A program made the translations under genes and the position numbers. 64,000 nucleotides of DNA from an uncultured Bacillales bacterium (GTDB lineage Bacteria > Bacillota_I > Bacilli_A > RFN20 > CAG-449), in the NCBI GenBank assembly GCA_945929875.1, contig CAMEOO010000001.1, forward strand, positions 6,574 through 70,573. Reading direction: 5' to 3'. The notes under the pieces are model-generated. The model was not told the origin of the DNA. It searched no databases and saw only the letters and a list, made by a program, of their open reading frames with translations. Shown one piece after another: positions 29,120 through 38,751 of the stretch (positions are counted from its first letter, which is position 1; every line of letters begins with the position of its first letter).

Positions 29120-31078
29120 ATGGCAGAAAAAAAAGGATCATATGATGCTTCGTCTTTAAAAATATTAAAAGGATTAGAACCAGTAAAAAAAAGACCAGGT
29201 ATGTATATTGGTTCAACCGATTGGCGTGGAACCCATCATTTAGTATGGGAAATTGTCGATAACGCTATAGACGAGGCAATTGCAGGATTTGGTAAAAAAA
29301 TAACAGTAACTATTCATAAGGATGGCTCAATTTCCGTTCAAGATGAAGGAAGAGGTATCCCATGCGATTATAATGAAAAAGAAAAAATGGAAGGCTTAGA
29401 TATCGTTTTTTGCACTTTGCATGGTGGAGGAAAATTCGATGCTTCTAACTATAAGACTTCTGCTGGGCTTCATGGCGTTGGTTCGGCGTGCGCTAATGCG
29501 TTATCTGAATGGCTAAAAGTTACCGTTTATAAAGATGGAAAAGAATATTTTGCTTCATATAAAAATGGGGGAAATAAAGATGTTCCTACCACTTATGTTG
29601 GCGAAACTACAAAAAGAGGAAGTATCGTCACTTTTAAGCCTGATAAAAAAATGTTGCCTGAACCAGAATTTAGATTCGATTTGATTGCAGAACGTTTAAA
29701 TAATTCCGCATGTCAATGTAATGGAGTTAAATTTATATTAATTGATGAAAGAACTAACAAAAAGCAAGAGTTTTTATATACTGAAGGAATAAAAGAATAT
29801 CTTGAAAATAAGAATAAGAATCATACTGCTGTTAATCCAATCGTCTATTTTTCTGATGATAAAAATGAAATTAAAGCGGAATTTGCTTTCCAATTTTTAA
29901 GTGATGTCTATACCGAAGTAGTGTATTCTTTTGCAAATAGCGTTTTTACCTTTGAAGAAGGAAGTCACGTTCGTGGGTATCGTTCTGGCTTAACTAAAGC
30001 ATTTAATGAATTCGCTTCTAAAAACAATTTAATTAAATCTAATCAAAAATTAGAAGGTAGCGATATTAGAGAGGGACTATCTTGTGTCGTATCGGTAAGA
30101 ATTCCTGAAGGTAAAATTCAATTTGAAGGTCAAACTAAAGAAAAACTTGGTACGCCAGAAGCTGCAACTGTCGTGGATAATTTAGTTTATGCCAATGTAA
30201 CTAGATATTTAATTGAAAACAAAGAATACGCAAATAAGATTTTTAATCGTATCTTAGAAGCTCAAAAAGCTAGGCTTGCTGCTCGAAGCGCTAAAGAGGA
30301 AGTAAGAAATAAAGCTCCAAAAGATCTTGAAAAATCTACATTAATGCTTTCTGGGAAGCTTGTTCCACCTCAATCAAAAGAATATTCTAAGTGCGAATTA
30401 TTTATCGTAGAAGGTGATTCTGCTGGGGGTAGTGCAAAAAAATGTCGTGATAAAAAATATCAAGGCCTTCTACCTTTAAGAGGGAAACCAAAAAATATTT
30501 CTAATGATGCAGAAGATGCATTTATGAAAAATGAAGAATTATCTACTCTTGCCTTTACAATTGGTACTGGCACAGGGAAAGATTTCAACATTAGAAATTT
30601 ACATTATGATAAAGTAATCATCATGACCGATGCTGATACAGATGGGGCACACATTCAAAATCTTTTAATTAATTTCTTTTATAAGAAAATGAAACCTTTA
30701 ATAGAACAAGGTCACGTCTATGTTGCTTGTCCTCCTCTTTATCGAGTTATGAAGATGGTTAAAGGAAAAACCGTTGAAGAATTTGCTTGGAATGAACAAG
30801 AACTCGAAGAAGCAAAAAAGAAAATCGGTTCTGGTTATGTAGTTTCTCGTTATAAAGGACTTGGTGAAATGGATGCTGACCAACTTTGGAGAACAACTAT
30901 GGACCCAAGAACAAGAAAACTTTTAAAATTATCGATTTTAGATGATCATATCGCGGGAGAAATGGTCGAATTATTCATGGGAAAGAATCCCGCTCCAAGA
31001 AATGACTGGATTAGAGAAAATGTCGATTTCTCTAATAAGGGAGATTTCTTTGTTGAGGAGGTGAAGAGCCGTGAGTAA
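29120..31078 (+). CDS. parE: type IIA topoisomerase ATPase subunit; topoisomerase IV ParE by synteny
   Basis: 652 aa with GHKL ATPase and TOPRIM domains (EGDSAGGSAK, PLRGK). It is called parE rather than gyrB because it is divergent from plsY, as in Bacillus plsY/parE-parC, and is not next to dnaA/dnaN/recF. Confidence 0.7.
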   Translation: MAEKKGSYDASSLKILKGLEPVKKRPGMYIGSTDWRGTHHLVWEIVDNAIDEAIAGFGKKITVTIHKDGSISVQDEGRGIPCDYNEKEKMEGLDIVFCTLHGGGKFDASNYKTSAGLHGVGSACANALSEWLKVTVYKDGKEYFASYKNGGNKDVPTTYVGETTKRGSIVTFKPDKKMLPEPEFRFDLIAERLNNSACQCNGVKFILIDERTNKKQEFLYTEGIKEYLENKNKNHTAVNPIVYFSDDKNEIKAEFAFQFLSDVYTEVVYSFANSVFTFEEGSHVRGYRSGLTKAFNEFASKNNLIKSNQKLEGSDIREGLSCVVSVRIPEGKIQFEGQTKEKLGTPEAATVVDNLVYANVTRYLIENKEYANKIFNRILEAQKARLAARSAKEEVRNKAPKDLEKSTLMLSGKLVPPQSKEYSKCELFIVEGDSAGGSAKKCRDKKYQGLLPLRGKPKNISNDAEDAFMKNEELSTLAFTIGTGTGKDFNIRNLHYDKVIIMTDADTDGAHIQNLLINFFYKKMKPLIEQGHVYVACPPLYRVMKMVKGKTVEEFAWNEQELEEAKKKIGSGYVVSRYKGLGEMDADQLWRTTMDPRTRKLLKLSILDDHIAGEMVELFMGKNPAPRNDWIRENVDFSNKGDFFVEEVKSRE

Positions 31079-33650
31079 GAAAAATGTACAAGTTGAAGAA
31101 GAGATAGAACAAACAATTATTGAAACTCCAATCGATGAAGTGATGAGTCAAGGTTTTGGAAGATACTCTAAATACGTTCTTCAAGAAAGAGCAGTTCCAG
31201 ATGTTAGAGATGGATTAAAGCCTGTTCAAAGAAGAATTATCTATACCATGACTCTTGAAGGGAATGTTTCAAGTAAGCCAACTAGAAAGTGTGCAAGAAC
31301 TGTAGGAACAGTTATTGGTAGATTCCATCCACATGGAGATGCTTCCGTTTATGAAGCAATGGTTAGATTATCTCAAGATTGGAAAATGCGTTATCCTTTG
31401 ATTTCTTTCCAAGGAAATAATGGTTCAATCGATGGAGATGGGCCTGCTGCTTATCGTTATACCGAAGCTAGATTATCTGAATTAAGCGATTTATTAGTCC
31501 AAGATTTAAATAAAGATGTCGTCGATATGGAGTTAAACTTCGACGATCAAGAATTTGAACCTACTGTTCTTCCTTCTAGATTTCCAAACTTATTAGTTAA
31601 TGGGTCCAGTGGTATTGCCGTAGGTGCATCTACAGATATACCTCCACATAATTTAAATGAAGTAATCGATGCGATTAATTATCGAATTGGGCATAAAAAC
31701 GCTAAAGTTGAGGATTTATTACAATTTATTAAAGGTCCAGATTTTCCAACTGGAGGAATTATTAAAGATGGTAATTCATTAAAAGAACTTTATGAAAAAG
31801 GTTCTGGTTCTTTTAAACTATACTCAAAAACACGTATCGAAGAAGGAAAAAATGTCAATCAAATCATCATTGATGAAATTCCTTATGGGAAAGATAAATC
31901 TGAATTTGTCAACAACATCGACCGTGTTCGATTTGCTAATAAATTAGATGCTATTTTAGAGGTTAGAGATGAAACAGGTATGGATGGACTAAAGATCGTC
32001 ATCGATATCAAAAAAGATTCTAATCCTGAAAATATCTTAAATTTCTTATTTTCTAAGAACGCTTTATCAAATACTATTAAATACAATATGTTAGTAATCG
32101 ATCACTATCATCCAAAAGTCTGTTCACTTTTAGAAGTAATCGATTGCTATATTGAGCATCAAATAGAAGTTATAACAAGACGCTCAAATTACGATTTAAA
32201 GAAAGCTAAAGCAAGACTTCATATCGTCGATGGATTAATCCGTGCAGTTTCTATCATGGATCAAGTCGTCACTTTAATTAGAAGTAGTAAAGATAAAGCT
32301 AACGCAAAAGAACGATTAGTTAGTGAATTAAATTTTACAGAAGTGCAAGCAGAAGCAATTTTAATGCTTCAACTATATCGATTAACTAACTTAGATGTAA
32401 CAACTTTAGTTAATGAAAAGAAATCTTTAGAAGAGCAAATTGAAGATCTTGAAGCTTTATTAAGTTCTCCAACAAAAATGAATAATTTAATTAAGAGTGA
32501 CTTAAATAAAATTAAAGATAAGTATGGAGATGAAAGAAGAACCACGATTGAAGAAAATGGGGAAACTTCATTTAACGTCGATAAGAGAGCATTAATCTCT
32601 AAAGATGAAGTGATGATTGCCTTTACTAAAGATGGATACTTTAAAAGAAGTCAATTAAAATCATTTAATTCTTCTAATTCTGATTTACCAGGTATTAAAC
32701 AAGGAGATTGCTTTAGAGGTATAACTAAAGCATATACTACTGATTTTCTCGTGGTATTCACAAATTTTGGTAACTTCTTAAATATTCCAGTTTATTATTT
32801 AGCCGATAATAAATGGAAAGAAGAAGGCCAACACATCAATCAAATTGGTCAACTTAATCCAAATGAAAAAATCGTCTGTGGAATTTTAGTTCACGAGTTT
32901 AGAGAAGATGTAAATATCGCCTTTGTTACTAAACTTGGACAAATCAAACGATCAAGCTTAAAAGAATTAGAGGTTAATAAGTACGCTCGACCAATTAAAT
33001 GCTTTAGATTACTAGATGGTGATGAATTAGTTGATGTTAAACCATTAAATGGAAATACTAATTTGTTATTAGTTTCATCAAATGGATATTCTTCTTTCTT
33101 TAATGAAAATGACGTTTCACTAGTTGGAATTAAAGCGGGTGGAGTTAAAGCGATGTCTTCTTCAAAAGAAAAAGTCAATATCGTCTCTATGCTAACATTT
33201 AATCCTGATGAAAGATCAAAAATTGTTCTTTTAACAAATTGCAAAGGTTTAAGAATAGTTGATTCCACTCATCTTGTAAAAACTTCTAGACTAGGCCCAA
33301 AACAACAATTATTTAAATCATTTAAAGCTTATCCTCAAGAAGCAATATTTGTTGAAAAATCATTAAAAAATAATGAAATTACAAAACTTTATGCATTACT
33401 TGAAAATAATAATTTATCGATTATTTCTTTAGATGATGTCAAACCTCAACCAATTGAAAGCTTCTTAAAGACTAATCTTGAAATCGATAGTCCATTTAAT
33501 TTTATCGACTCTTACCATTTTGATGTCAATCGAATTGATGAAGATTTTAAAACTGTCGTAGTAGAAAAACCAATTGAAGTCGTCAAGAAAGATAAGAAGG
33601 AAGACTTTGAAAAGATATCATTATTCGATTTTATCGACGACGATGATTAA
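31071..33650 (+). CDS. parC: type IIA topoisomerase DNA-cleavage subunit; topoisomerase IV ParC by synteny
   Basis: 859 aa. The catalytic Tyr region and a C-terminal beta-pinwheel domain are present. It overlaps parE by 8 nt. Confidence 0.7.
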   Translation: MSKKNVQVEEEIEQTIIETPIDEVMSQGFGRYSKYVLQERAVPDVRDGLKPVQRRIIYTMTLEGNVSSKPTRKCARTVGTVIGRFHPHGDASVYEAMVRLSQDWKMRYPLISFQGNNGSIDGDGPAAYRYTEARLSELSDLLVQDLNKDVVDMELNFDDQEFEPTVLPSRFPNLLVNGSSGIAVGASTDIPPHNLNEVIDAINYRIGHKNAKVEDLLQFIKGPDFPTGGIIKDGNSLKELYEKGSGSFKLYSKTRIEEGKNVNQIIIDEIPYGKDKSEFVNNIDRVRFANKLDAILEVRDETGMDGLKIVIDIKKDSNPENILNFLFSKNALSNTIKYNMLVIDHYHPKVCSLLEVIDCYIEHQIEVITRRSNYDLKKAKARLHIVDGLIRAVSIMDQVVTLIRSSKDKANAKERLVSELNFTEVQAEAILMLQLYRLTNLDVTTLVNEKKSLEEQIEDLEALLSSPTKMNNLIKSDLNKIKDKYGDERRTTIEENGETSFNVDKRALISKDEVMIAFTKDGYFKRSQLKSFNSSNSDLPGIKQGDCFRGITKAYTTDFLVVFTNFGNFLNIPVYYLADNKWKEEGQHINQIGQLNPNEKIVCGILVHEFREDVNIAFVTKLGQIKRSSLKELEVNKYARPIKCFRLLDGDELVDVKPLNGNTNLLLVSSNGYSSFFNENDVSLVGIKAGGVKAMSSSKEKVNIVSMLTFNPDERSKIVLLTNCKGLRIVDSTHLVKTSRLGPKQQLFKSFKAYPQEAIFVEKSLKNNEITKLYALLENNNLSIISLDDVKPQPIESFLKTNLEIDSPFNFIDSYHFDVNRIDEDFKTVVVEKPIEVVKKDKKEDFEKISLFDFIDDDD

Positions 33651-34339
33651 TTGTGCTTTTTAAATTCGTTAAGTAACTTAATTAAAGCTCTTTTCTCAAT
33701 TCGAGAAACGTAACTTCGAGAAATATTATACTTTCTACTAATCTCTTTCTGAGTATGTTCTATTTCATTATTTAGACCATATCGGAGAGAGATTATTTTA
33801 TATTCGCGTTCATCGAGAACATTTAAATATTTCTTTAATGATTCAATCTGATTTTTTCTTTCAATTTTTTCATCTATTGGGGTGTCTTCATAAGGAATTA
33901 CATCAATCAAGTTTATCTCACTTCCATCTTTATCAATGCCAATTGAATCATTAAGGGAAACATTTTTAGAATATTTTTTATTAGATCTAAGTACCATTAA
34001 AATTTCGTTTTCGATGCACCTTGCTGAATAGGTGGCTAATTTTACTTCCTTATCTAATGAATAAGTATCGATTGCTTTAATTAGTCCAATAGTGCCAATA
34101 GATATGAGATCTTCAAAATTTTCATCTTTAGATTCATATTTTTTTGCAATGTGAGCGACTAATCTTAGATTATGTATTATTAATTCTTTTCTAGCTTCAT
34201 CGTGATAATCTTGATTGAATAATAAAGCAAGATACCGATCTTCTTCCTCTTGACTTAATTTATCAGGATAAACGCTATTTTTTAAAAATCCATGAAGAAA
34301 TGAGCAATCAAAAATCGATAATAATATTTCAAGTAACAT
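33647..34339 (-). CDS. sigK: sporulation sigma factor pro-sigma-K (sigma-70 family, uninterrupted)
   Basis: 230 aa, alignable along its length with B. subtilis SigK. A hydrophobic pro-sequence MLLEILLSIFDCSFLHGF precedes KNSVYPDKLSQEEE, then HNLRLVAHIAKKY...EDLISIGTIGLIKAIDTY...KLATYSARCIENEILM and a C-terminal ISRSYVSRIEKRALIKL. The reading frame is contiguous, with no skin-like insertion. Confidence 0.8.
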   Translation of the reverse strand: MLLEILLSIFDCSFLHGFLKNSVYPDKLSQEEEDRYLALLFNQDYHDEARKELIIHNLRLVAHIAKKYESKDENFEDLISIGTIGLIKAIDTYSLDKEVKLATYSARCIENEILMVLRSNKKYSKNVSLNDSIGIDKDGSEINLIDVIPYEDTPIDEKIERKNQIESLKKYLNVLDEREYKIISLRYGLNNEIEHTQKEISRKYNISRSYVSRIEKRALIKLLNEFKKHN

Positions 34340-34458
34340 ATAATCACCTATTAAATGATATTTTTTTATTTATAATTTATGATTAGAAAAAAGAGAAAAC
34401 AAAATCCTACTATTTATTTTCAATAAATAAATAGGATATAATAAAAAAGGGTGAAGAT

Positions 34459-34983
34459 ATGAGTCTATTTGTTCCAACTTATTACGCAAAAAGTATCTAC
34501 GATATTCCACTTGATTTTTATCAAAAAGAAAACATTAAAGTTATTTTTTGTGATTTAGATAACACTTTAGATGCATTTTATGAAAATGAACCTACAAAAA
34601 ATGCTATTGAACTAGTTGAAAAACTAAAAGAATTAAATATTAGATTTATCATCACTTCTAATAACCATGGAGAAAGAGTACATAAGTACGCAAGTAAATT
34701 AAATGTTGAATGCCATTATTCTTCAAAGAAGCCATTATCATATAAACTTAATAAATTCATAAAAAAGAATCGATTTGATAAAAAAGACATATTAATGATA
34801 GGAGATCAAGAATTAACTGATGTGATCTGTAGTAAATTTTTAAAAGTAAGAATCGTCTTAACTGAACCTTTAGTAAAAACAGATCTACCAATTACTAAAG
34901 TAAACCGATTTTTTGATAAAATAATTAGAAAAATGATAAAAAAGAAATTATTAAAAGTGGAGGTAAAAAATGAGCAAGATTAA
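34459..34983 (+). CDS. yqeG: HAD-IIIA family phosphatase YqeG
   Basis: A DxDxT motif (FCDLDNTL) is present. It is the first gene of the conserved yqeG-yqeH-yhbY-nadD-yqeK-rsfS block. Confidence 0.7.
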   Translation: MSLFVPTYYAKSIYDIPLDFYQKENIKVIFCDLDNTLDAFYENEPTKNAIELVEKLKELNIRFIITSNNHGERVHKYASKLNVECHYSSKKPLSYKLNKFIKKNRFDKKDILMIGDQELTDVICSKFLKVRIVLTEPLVKTDLPITKVNRFFDKIIRKMIKKKLLKVEVKNEQD

Positions 34984-36076
34984 ATTGACGTGTTATGGAT
35001 GTGGCTGCGAGCTACAAAATAGTGATCCTTCTTTAACAGGCTACACCCCAAAACCTTTAGATGGTAATGTCGTCTTATGTCAAAGATGCTATCGTCTACA
35101 ACATTATGGGGAAAATAGAGAAGAAGAATTAGTTAAACCAGATTATAAAGCGGTTTTTTCAAATTTGATGAAAAATAAATCATTAATTGTTTACGTAGTA
35201 GATTGCTTTGCTTTTGAATCAAGCCTCATTAGCGAACTTTTTCCTTTTATCAAAGATTGTCCAATATTAGTCGTGGCAAATAAAAGAGACATTCTTCCAA
35301 AAGCGGTTGATGATAATAAATTAAGAGAATTTATCTATCGCAAGTTTAAGCAAGAGGGAATAGAAATTAAAGATGTTATTTGTTCTTCCGCTTTTAGAAA
35401 CTACAACATCGATGAAATAATTGAAGCCTGTAACGCTTTAAGATGCGGTAAAGACATCTATATTGTCGGGGCTAGTTCAGTTGGTAAATCTTCTTTAATC
35501 AACGCTTTATTAAAAACCATTAAAAATGAAACTAGAGATTTGATTTCTACTTCGCCTTATCCAGGAACTACTGTTGCCACAATTACTATTCCACTTGATA
35601 ATCGTTCTAGAATTTATGATACTCCAGGTATAGTTCCATATCACTCAATGTATTCATGTATGGAAAAAAATGTATTAAAATACATAATTCCAAAAAGTGA
35701 AATTAAGCCTAGAACTTACCAATTAAATGATAAGCAATCTATACTACTTGGAGGAATCGCTCGCTTTGATTTTGTTAAAGGTCCAAGAACTGGGTTTACC
35801 TTCTACGTTTCAAATAACGTTGAGCTTCATCGCACTAAACTTGATAAAGCTAGTAAAGTATTTGATACTCTTGTTTCAAGTGGAAAAATAAAACCTACGT
35901 CCACTTCAATTACTTCTTCCGCTTCATTAATTAAGCATGAAGTAGTGCTACCAACAGATAAAGTAGATATTGTCATTCTTGGCTTAGGTTGGATCTGTTT
36001 AAAAGGGCAAGGGCAAGTTGTTGACATTTGGCTACCACAAGGAGTCAACATCGTAATTAGAGAGGCAAAAATATAG
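34970..36076 (+). CDS. yqeH: ribosome biogenesis GTPase YqeH (circularly permuted GTPase with an N-terminal zinc finger)
   Basis: The zinc finger is CYGCGCELQ...CQRCYRLQHYGE. G4 (ANKRD) lies before G1 (GASSVGKSSLINAL), so the GTPase is circularly permuted. Confidence 0.8.
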   Translation: MSKIKLTCYGCGCELQNSDPSLTGYTPKPLDGNVVLCQRCYRLQHYGENREEELVKPDYKAVFSNLMKNKSLIVYVVDCFAFESSLISELFPFIKDCPILVVANKRDILPKAVDDNKLREFIYRKFKQEGIEIKDVICSSAFRNYNIDEIIEACNALRCGKDIYIVGASSVGKSSLINALLKTIKNETRDLISTSPYPGTTVATITIPLDNRSRIYDTPGIVPYHSMYSCMEKNVLKYIIPKSEIKPRTYQLNDKQSILLGGIARFDFVKGPRTGFTFYVSNNVELHRTKLDKASKVFDTLVSSGKIKPTSTSITSSASLIKHEVVLPTDKVDIVILGLGWICLKGQGQVVDIWLPQGVNIVIREAKI

Positions 36077-36077
36077 T

Positions 36078-36371
36078 ATGTTAAATAGTAAACAAATAAA
36101 ATATCTTAAATCTTTAGCGAATACATTAGAAGCTAAATATCAAATAGGGAAGAATAATATCACTGACAACACTATTGAATTATTAGATAATGCATTAAAG
36201 AAAAATGAATTAATTAAAGTAAGTGTCAATTCTTCCGTTAAAGAAGAAAAAGAAGAAATTTCTCAAATTTTAAAAAATCGATTATATTGTGAAGTAGTGC
36301 AAATTGTTGGTAATGTAATTACCTTATTTAGAAAGAACTTAAAAGATGGAAAAATCCATCTTCCAAAATAA
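36078..36371 (+). CDS. yhbY: YhbY/CRS1-type RNA-binding protein (YqeI)
   Basis: 97 aa, with a CRM-domain pattern K.L...A..L....QIGK.G.T. Confidence 0.7.
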   Translation: MLNSKQIKYLKSLANTLEAKYQIGKNNITDNTIELLDNALKKNELIKVSVNSSVKEEKEEISQILKNRLYCEVVQIVGNVITLFRKNLKDGKIHLPK

Positions 36372-36373
36372 AG

Positions 36374-37477
36374 ATGCGTAAAATTATATTTGGGGGATCT
36401 TTTGACCCGATTCATAATGGACATCTACAAATTGCTAAAAAAGCAAAAGACATTCTAAAAGCCGATAAAGTCATTTTCCTAATTGCAAAACATCCAAGAT
36501 GGAAAGATGTTAAGAGTGAGGATAATCATCGCTTAGAAATGCTTAAAATCGCTTTAAAAGGCATTTCTTGGGCTGAAATATCACTAGTAGAGTATAATTC
36601 TCAAGCTGATGTAAATTACACCTATGATTCAATTCTAAAAATTAAAGAGAATGATGATTCAAAGCTTTACTTTCTTCTTGGTAGCGATCAATTAGAGTTG
36701 CTAGATAAATGGTATGAAATCGATAATTTAACTAGATTAGTTCAACTTGTTTGTATCAGTCGTCCTAATTTTCTTATTAACAGAGAAAATCTTGAAAAGT
36801 ATCACGTAGAATTAATTGAAGAAGAAATTAGTCCAATGAGTTCAACTGCTCTAAGAAACTTAAATAATATGGATTGTCCTAAAGAAGTTTTAGATTATAT
36901 AGTAGAGAATAAATTATATTTTTATAATACATTAAGTTCTTATATGACAGAAAAAAGACTCAATCACACTTTATCAGTTAGTTCGTTAGCTTACGATATT
37001 GCTATAAGTAATCATATAGATGGGCATAAAGCATATTTAAGCGCTTTACTTCACGATATAGGTAAGGAGATAGATTTCAACCTTCAATATCAATATGTGA
37101 AAGACAATTATCCCTCTTTAGTGGATTCTATACCTAGAGTACTCTACCATCAATTTTATTCAGAAAAAATTGCTCGAGAAACTTTTAAAATTAAAGATCA
37201 AGAAATTTTAGATTCAATTAAATATCACGCAACTGGAAGAGAGAATATGGGTGTCTATGAAAAAATAGTATACGCTAGCGATAAGATTGAGCCAACAAGA
37301 GGGTATGATTCTTCTTCGTTAATTGAAGAATGTAAAAAAGATATCAATACTGGATTTATCGATGTCTTAAAAGAAAATATCAAATTTTTTGAACAAACTA
37401 ATAAATCTTATCATAATAAATTAACTGATCAATGTATCAAATATTATCTAGAAGGAGACAAACATGAATCAAACTAA
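36374..37477 (+). CDS. nadD: fused nicotinate-nucleotide adenylyltransferase NadD / HD-domain hydrolase YqeK
   Basis: This is a single 367-aa frame. The N-terminal ~190 aa carries GGSFDPIHNGHL (the NadD HxGH motif). The C-terminal ~175 aa carries the HD motif LLHDIGK and a YqeK-like tail. In Bacillus these are two adjacent genes. Confidence 0.8.
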   Translation: MRKIIFGGSFDPIHNGHLQIAKKAKDILKADKVIFLIAKHPRWKDVKSEDNHRLEMLKIALKGISWAEISLVEYNSQADVNYTYDSILKIKENDDSKLYFLLGSDQLELLDKWYEIDNLTRLVQLVCISRPNFLINRENLEKYHVELIEEEISPMSSTALRNLNNMDCPKEVLDYIVENKLYFYNTLSSYMTEKRLNHTLSVSSLAYDIAISNHIDGHKAYLSALLHDIGKEIDFNLQYQYVKDNYPSLVDSIPRVLYHQFYSEKIARETFKIKDQEILDSIKYHATGRENMGVYEKIVYASDKIEPTRGYDSSSLIEECKKDINTGFIDVLKENIKFFEQTNKSYHNKLTDQCIKYYLEGDKHESN

Positions 37478-37793
37478 ATTAAGCCTAATCTTAAAAGCGA
37501 TAGAAGATAAAAAAGGGGAAGATATCGTATCGCTTGATGTAGAAGAAAGATCACCTTTCTTCTCAAATGTAATAATAGCAACAATTTCAAATACTAGGCA
37601 AGGTCAAGCGATAGCTGAAGAAATATCTAAAGTTTTAGATAATATTTCTGAACCTATTAAAAATATCGAAGGAAAGAAAGATTCTTCGTGGATCTTAATC
37701 GATGCAGGGGATATTATCGTACATCTATTTACTCCTTCTGAAAGAATAAGAATCAATTTAGAAAATTTATTAGAACAATCATTAGGGGAGTAG
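37464..37793 (+). CDS. rsfS: ribosomal silencing factor RsfS (Iojap/YqeL)
   Basis: 109 aa, with the conserved W.L.D.GD..VH.F motif (WILIDAGDIIVHLF). Confidence 0.8.
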   Translation: MNQTKLSLILKAIEDKKGEDIVSLDVEERSPFFSNVIIATISNTRQGQAIAEEISKVLDNISEPIKNIEGKKDSSWILIDAGDIIVHLFTPSERIRINLENLLEQSLGE

Positions 37794-37794
37794 T

Positions 37795-38481
37795 ATGGAA
37801 GAATTAAATTTAATTGTCGCCGCCATGGATATTGAAGTCCAAGCTTTATTAGATAACTTAAAAGAGTATCAAGAGATCGATGTCGATGATTCTAAAGGGT
37901 ATAGATTCATTCTAAAAAATGAAAAATATCTTTTAGTCAAAGGGAAAATCGGGAAAGTTAATACCGCCTTTTATTTAGGTAGACTTGCTCTTAATTACAA
38001 GATTAAAAGAGTCTTTAATATCGGGACTTCTGGTGGGGTAGATAGATCTTTAAAAATTAATGATGTAATTATCGCTACAAAGGTTGGTTACCACGATGTC
38101 GACGTCACTTTCTTTGGAAATTATGAGCTTGGTCAAATGCCTGGTTCACCTCGATATTTTGAATGTGATAACGATTTTATAAATAGTAAAAAAATTGATG
38201 AAAAATATTCAATCAAGAGGGGAATAATCTTATCGGGTGATTCATTTATCCATAAGGGAAATTACAAATCAACTAATGTCTATCAAATGCCTGATTGCTT
38301 AAGTTGTGAAATGGAAGCTGCAGCAGTAGGGCAAGTATGTTACTTATTAAATATTCCTTTTGTGGTAATTAGATCGATCTCTGATTTAATATTTGAAAAG
38401 ATAGATGAAGAAAATAATGATAATAATTTTGCTTCTTCTTCAACTAATTCTGCTTTAGTACTTTTAGAACTTCTCAAATAA
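37795..38481 (+). CDS. mtnN: 5'-methylthioadenosine/S-adenosylhomocysteine nucleosidase
   Basis: 228 aa with the PNP/UDP-family fold. The N-terminus is IVAAMDIEVQAL, with FNIGTSGG and SGDSFI motifs. Confidence 0.7.
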   Translation: MEELNLIVAAMDIEVQALLDNLKEYQEIDVDDSKGYRFILKNEKYLLVKGKIGKVNTAFYLGRLALNYKIKRVFNIGTSGGVDRSLKINDVIIATKVGYHDVDVTFFGNYELGQMPGSPRYFECDNDFINSKKIDEKYSIKRGIILSGDSFIHKGNYKSTNVYQMPDCLSCEMEAAAVGQVCYLLNIPFVVIRSISDLIFEKIDEENNDNNFASSSTNSALVLLELLK

Positions 38482-38509
38482 ATTCTATCGATTATTTGTC
38501 ATAATTATG

Positions 38510-38540
38510 GCCTTCTCGACAAAAAGGGGAGGCTTTTTTA
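38510..38540 (+). terminator. rho-independent terminator after mtnN (GCCUUCUC / GGGGAGGC with two G-U pairs, then a T6 run)
   Basis: A GC-rich hairpin is followed by TTTTTT. Confidence 0.5.
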
Positions 38541-38693
38541 AATATATTGTCAATTTATCATATAAATATAAATATAATAAATCACTTCGCATAATTGTTA
38601 TTATGTTAACTTTTTTTGAAAATACACCAATATTTCGGTGATATTTTGATTTGTAAATTTACATTAAAAATATAAATACAATTAGTTATCCAC

Positions 38694-38724
38694 ATAAAAA
38701 AGATAGCTAATATTAGCTATCTTT
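38694..38724 (-). terminator. rho-independent terminator for the minus-strand dinB-xerD-deoB-lipoprotein operon (perfect 26-bp palindrome plus a T run)
   Basis: AAAGATAGCTAAT / ATTAGCTATCTTT (38699..38724) is followed on the minus strand by a run of U. Confidence 0.5.
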
Positions 38725-38751
38725 CTACTAAAAATCTACTAATTTACTACT

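Noticed and set aside
29120-33650. Calling the type IIA topoisomerase pair gyrB/gyrA
   Set aside because: Its placement divergent from plsY, as in Bacillus plsY/parE-parC, and its distance from any dnaA-dnaN-recF context favour parE/parC. Sequence alone cannot fully exclude gyrase.
27993-36051. Short ORFs at 27993..28244, 30698..30883, 31883..32086, 32891..33268 and 35827..36051
   Set aside because: They are antisense to yneF, parE, parC and yqeH respectively. The yneF assignment is supported by a full-length family match.
38558-38590. Promoter-like TTGTCA ... TATAAT in the convergent gap
   Set aside because: The spacer is 20 nt to TATAAT, or 14 nt to TATAAA. No terminator is oriented for a plus-strand transcript. 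It is kept only as a weak small-RNA possibility in the findings.
38686-38694. Perfect DnaA box TTATCCACA; an origin of replication?
   Set aside because: A single box is roughly expected once by chance in 128 kb of this composition. There is no cluster of boxes, no dnaA/dnaN nearby and no AT-rich DUE arrangement. It is not oriC.
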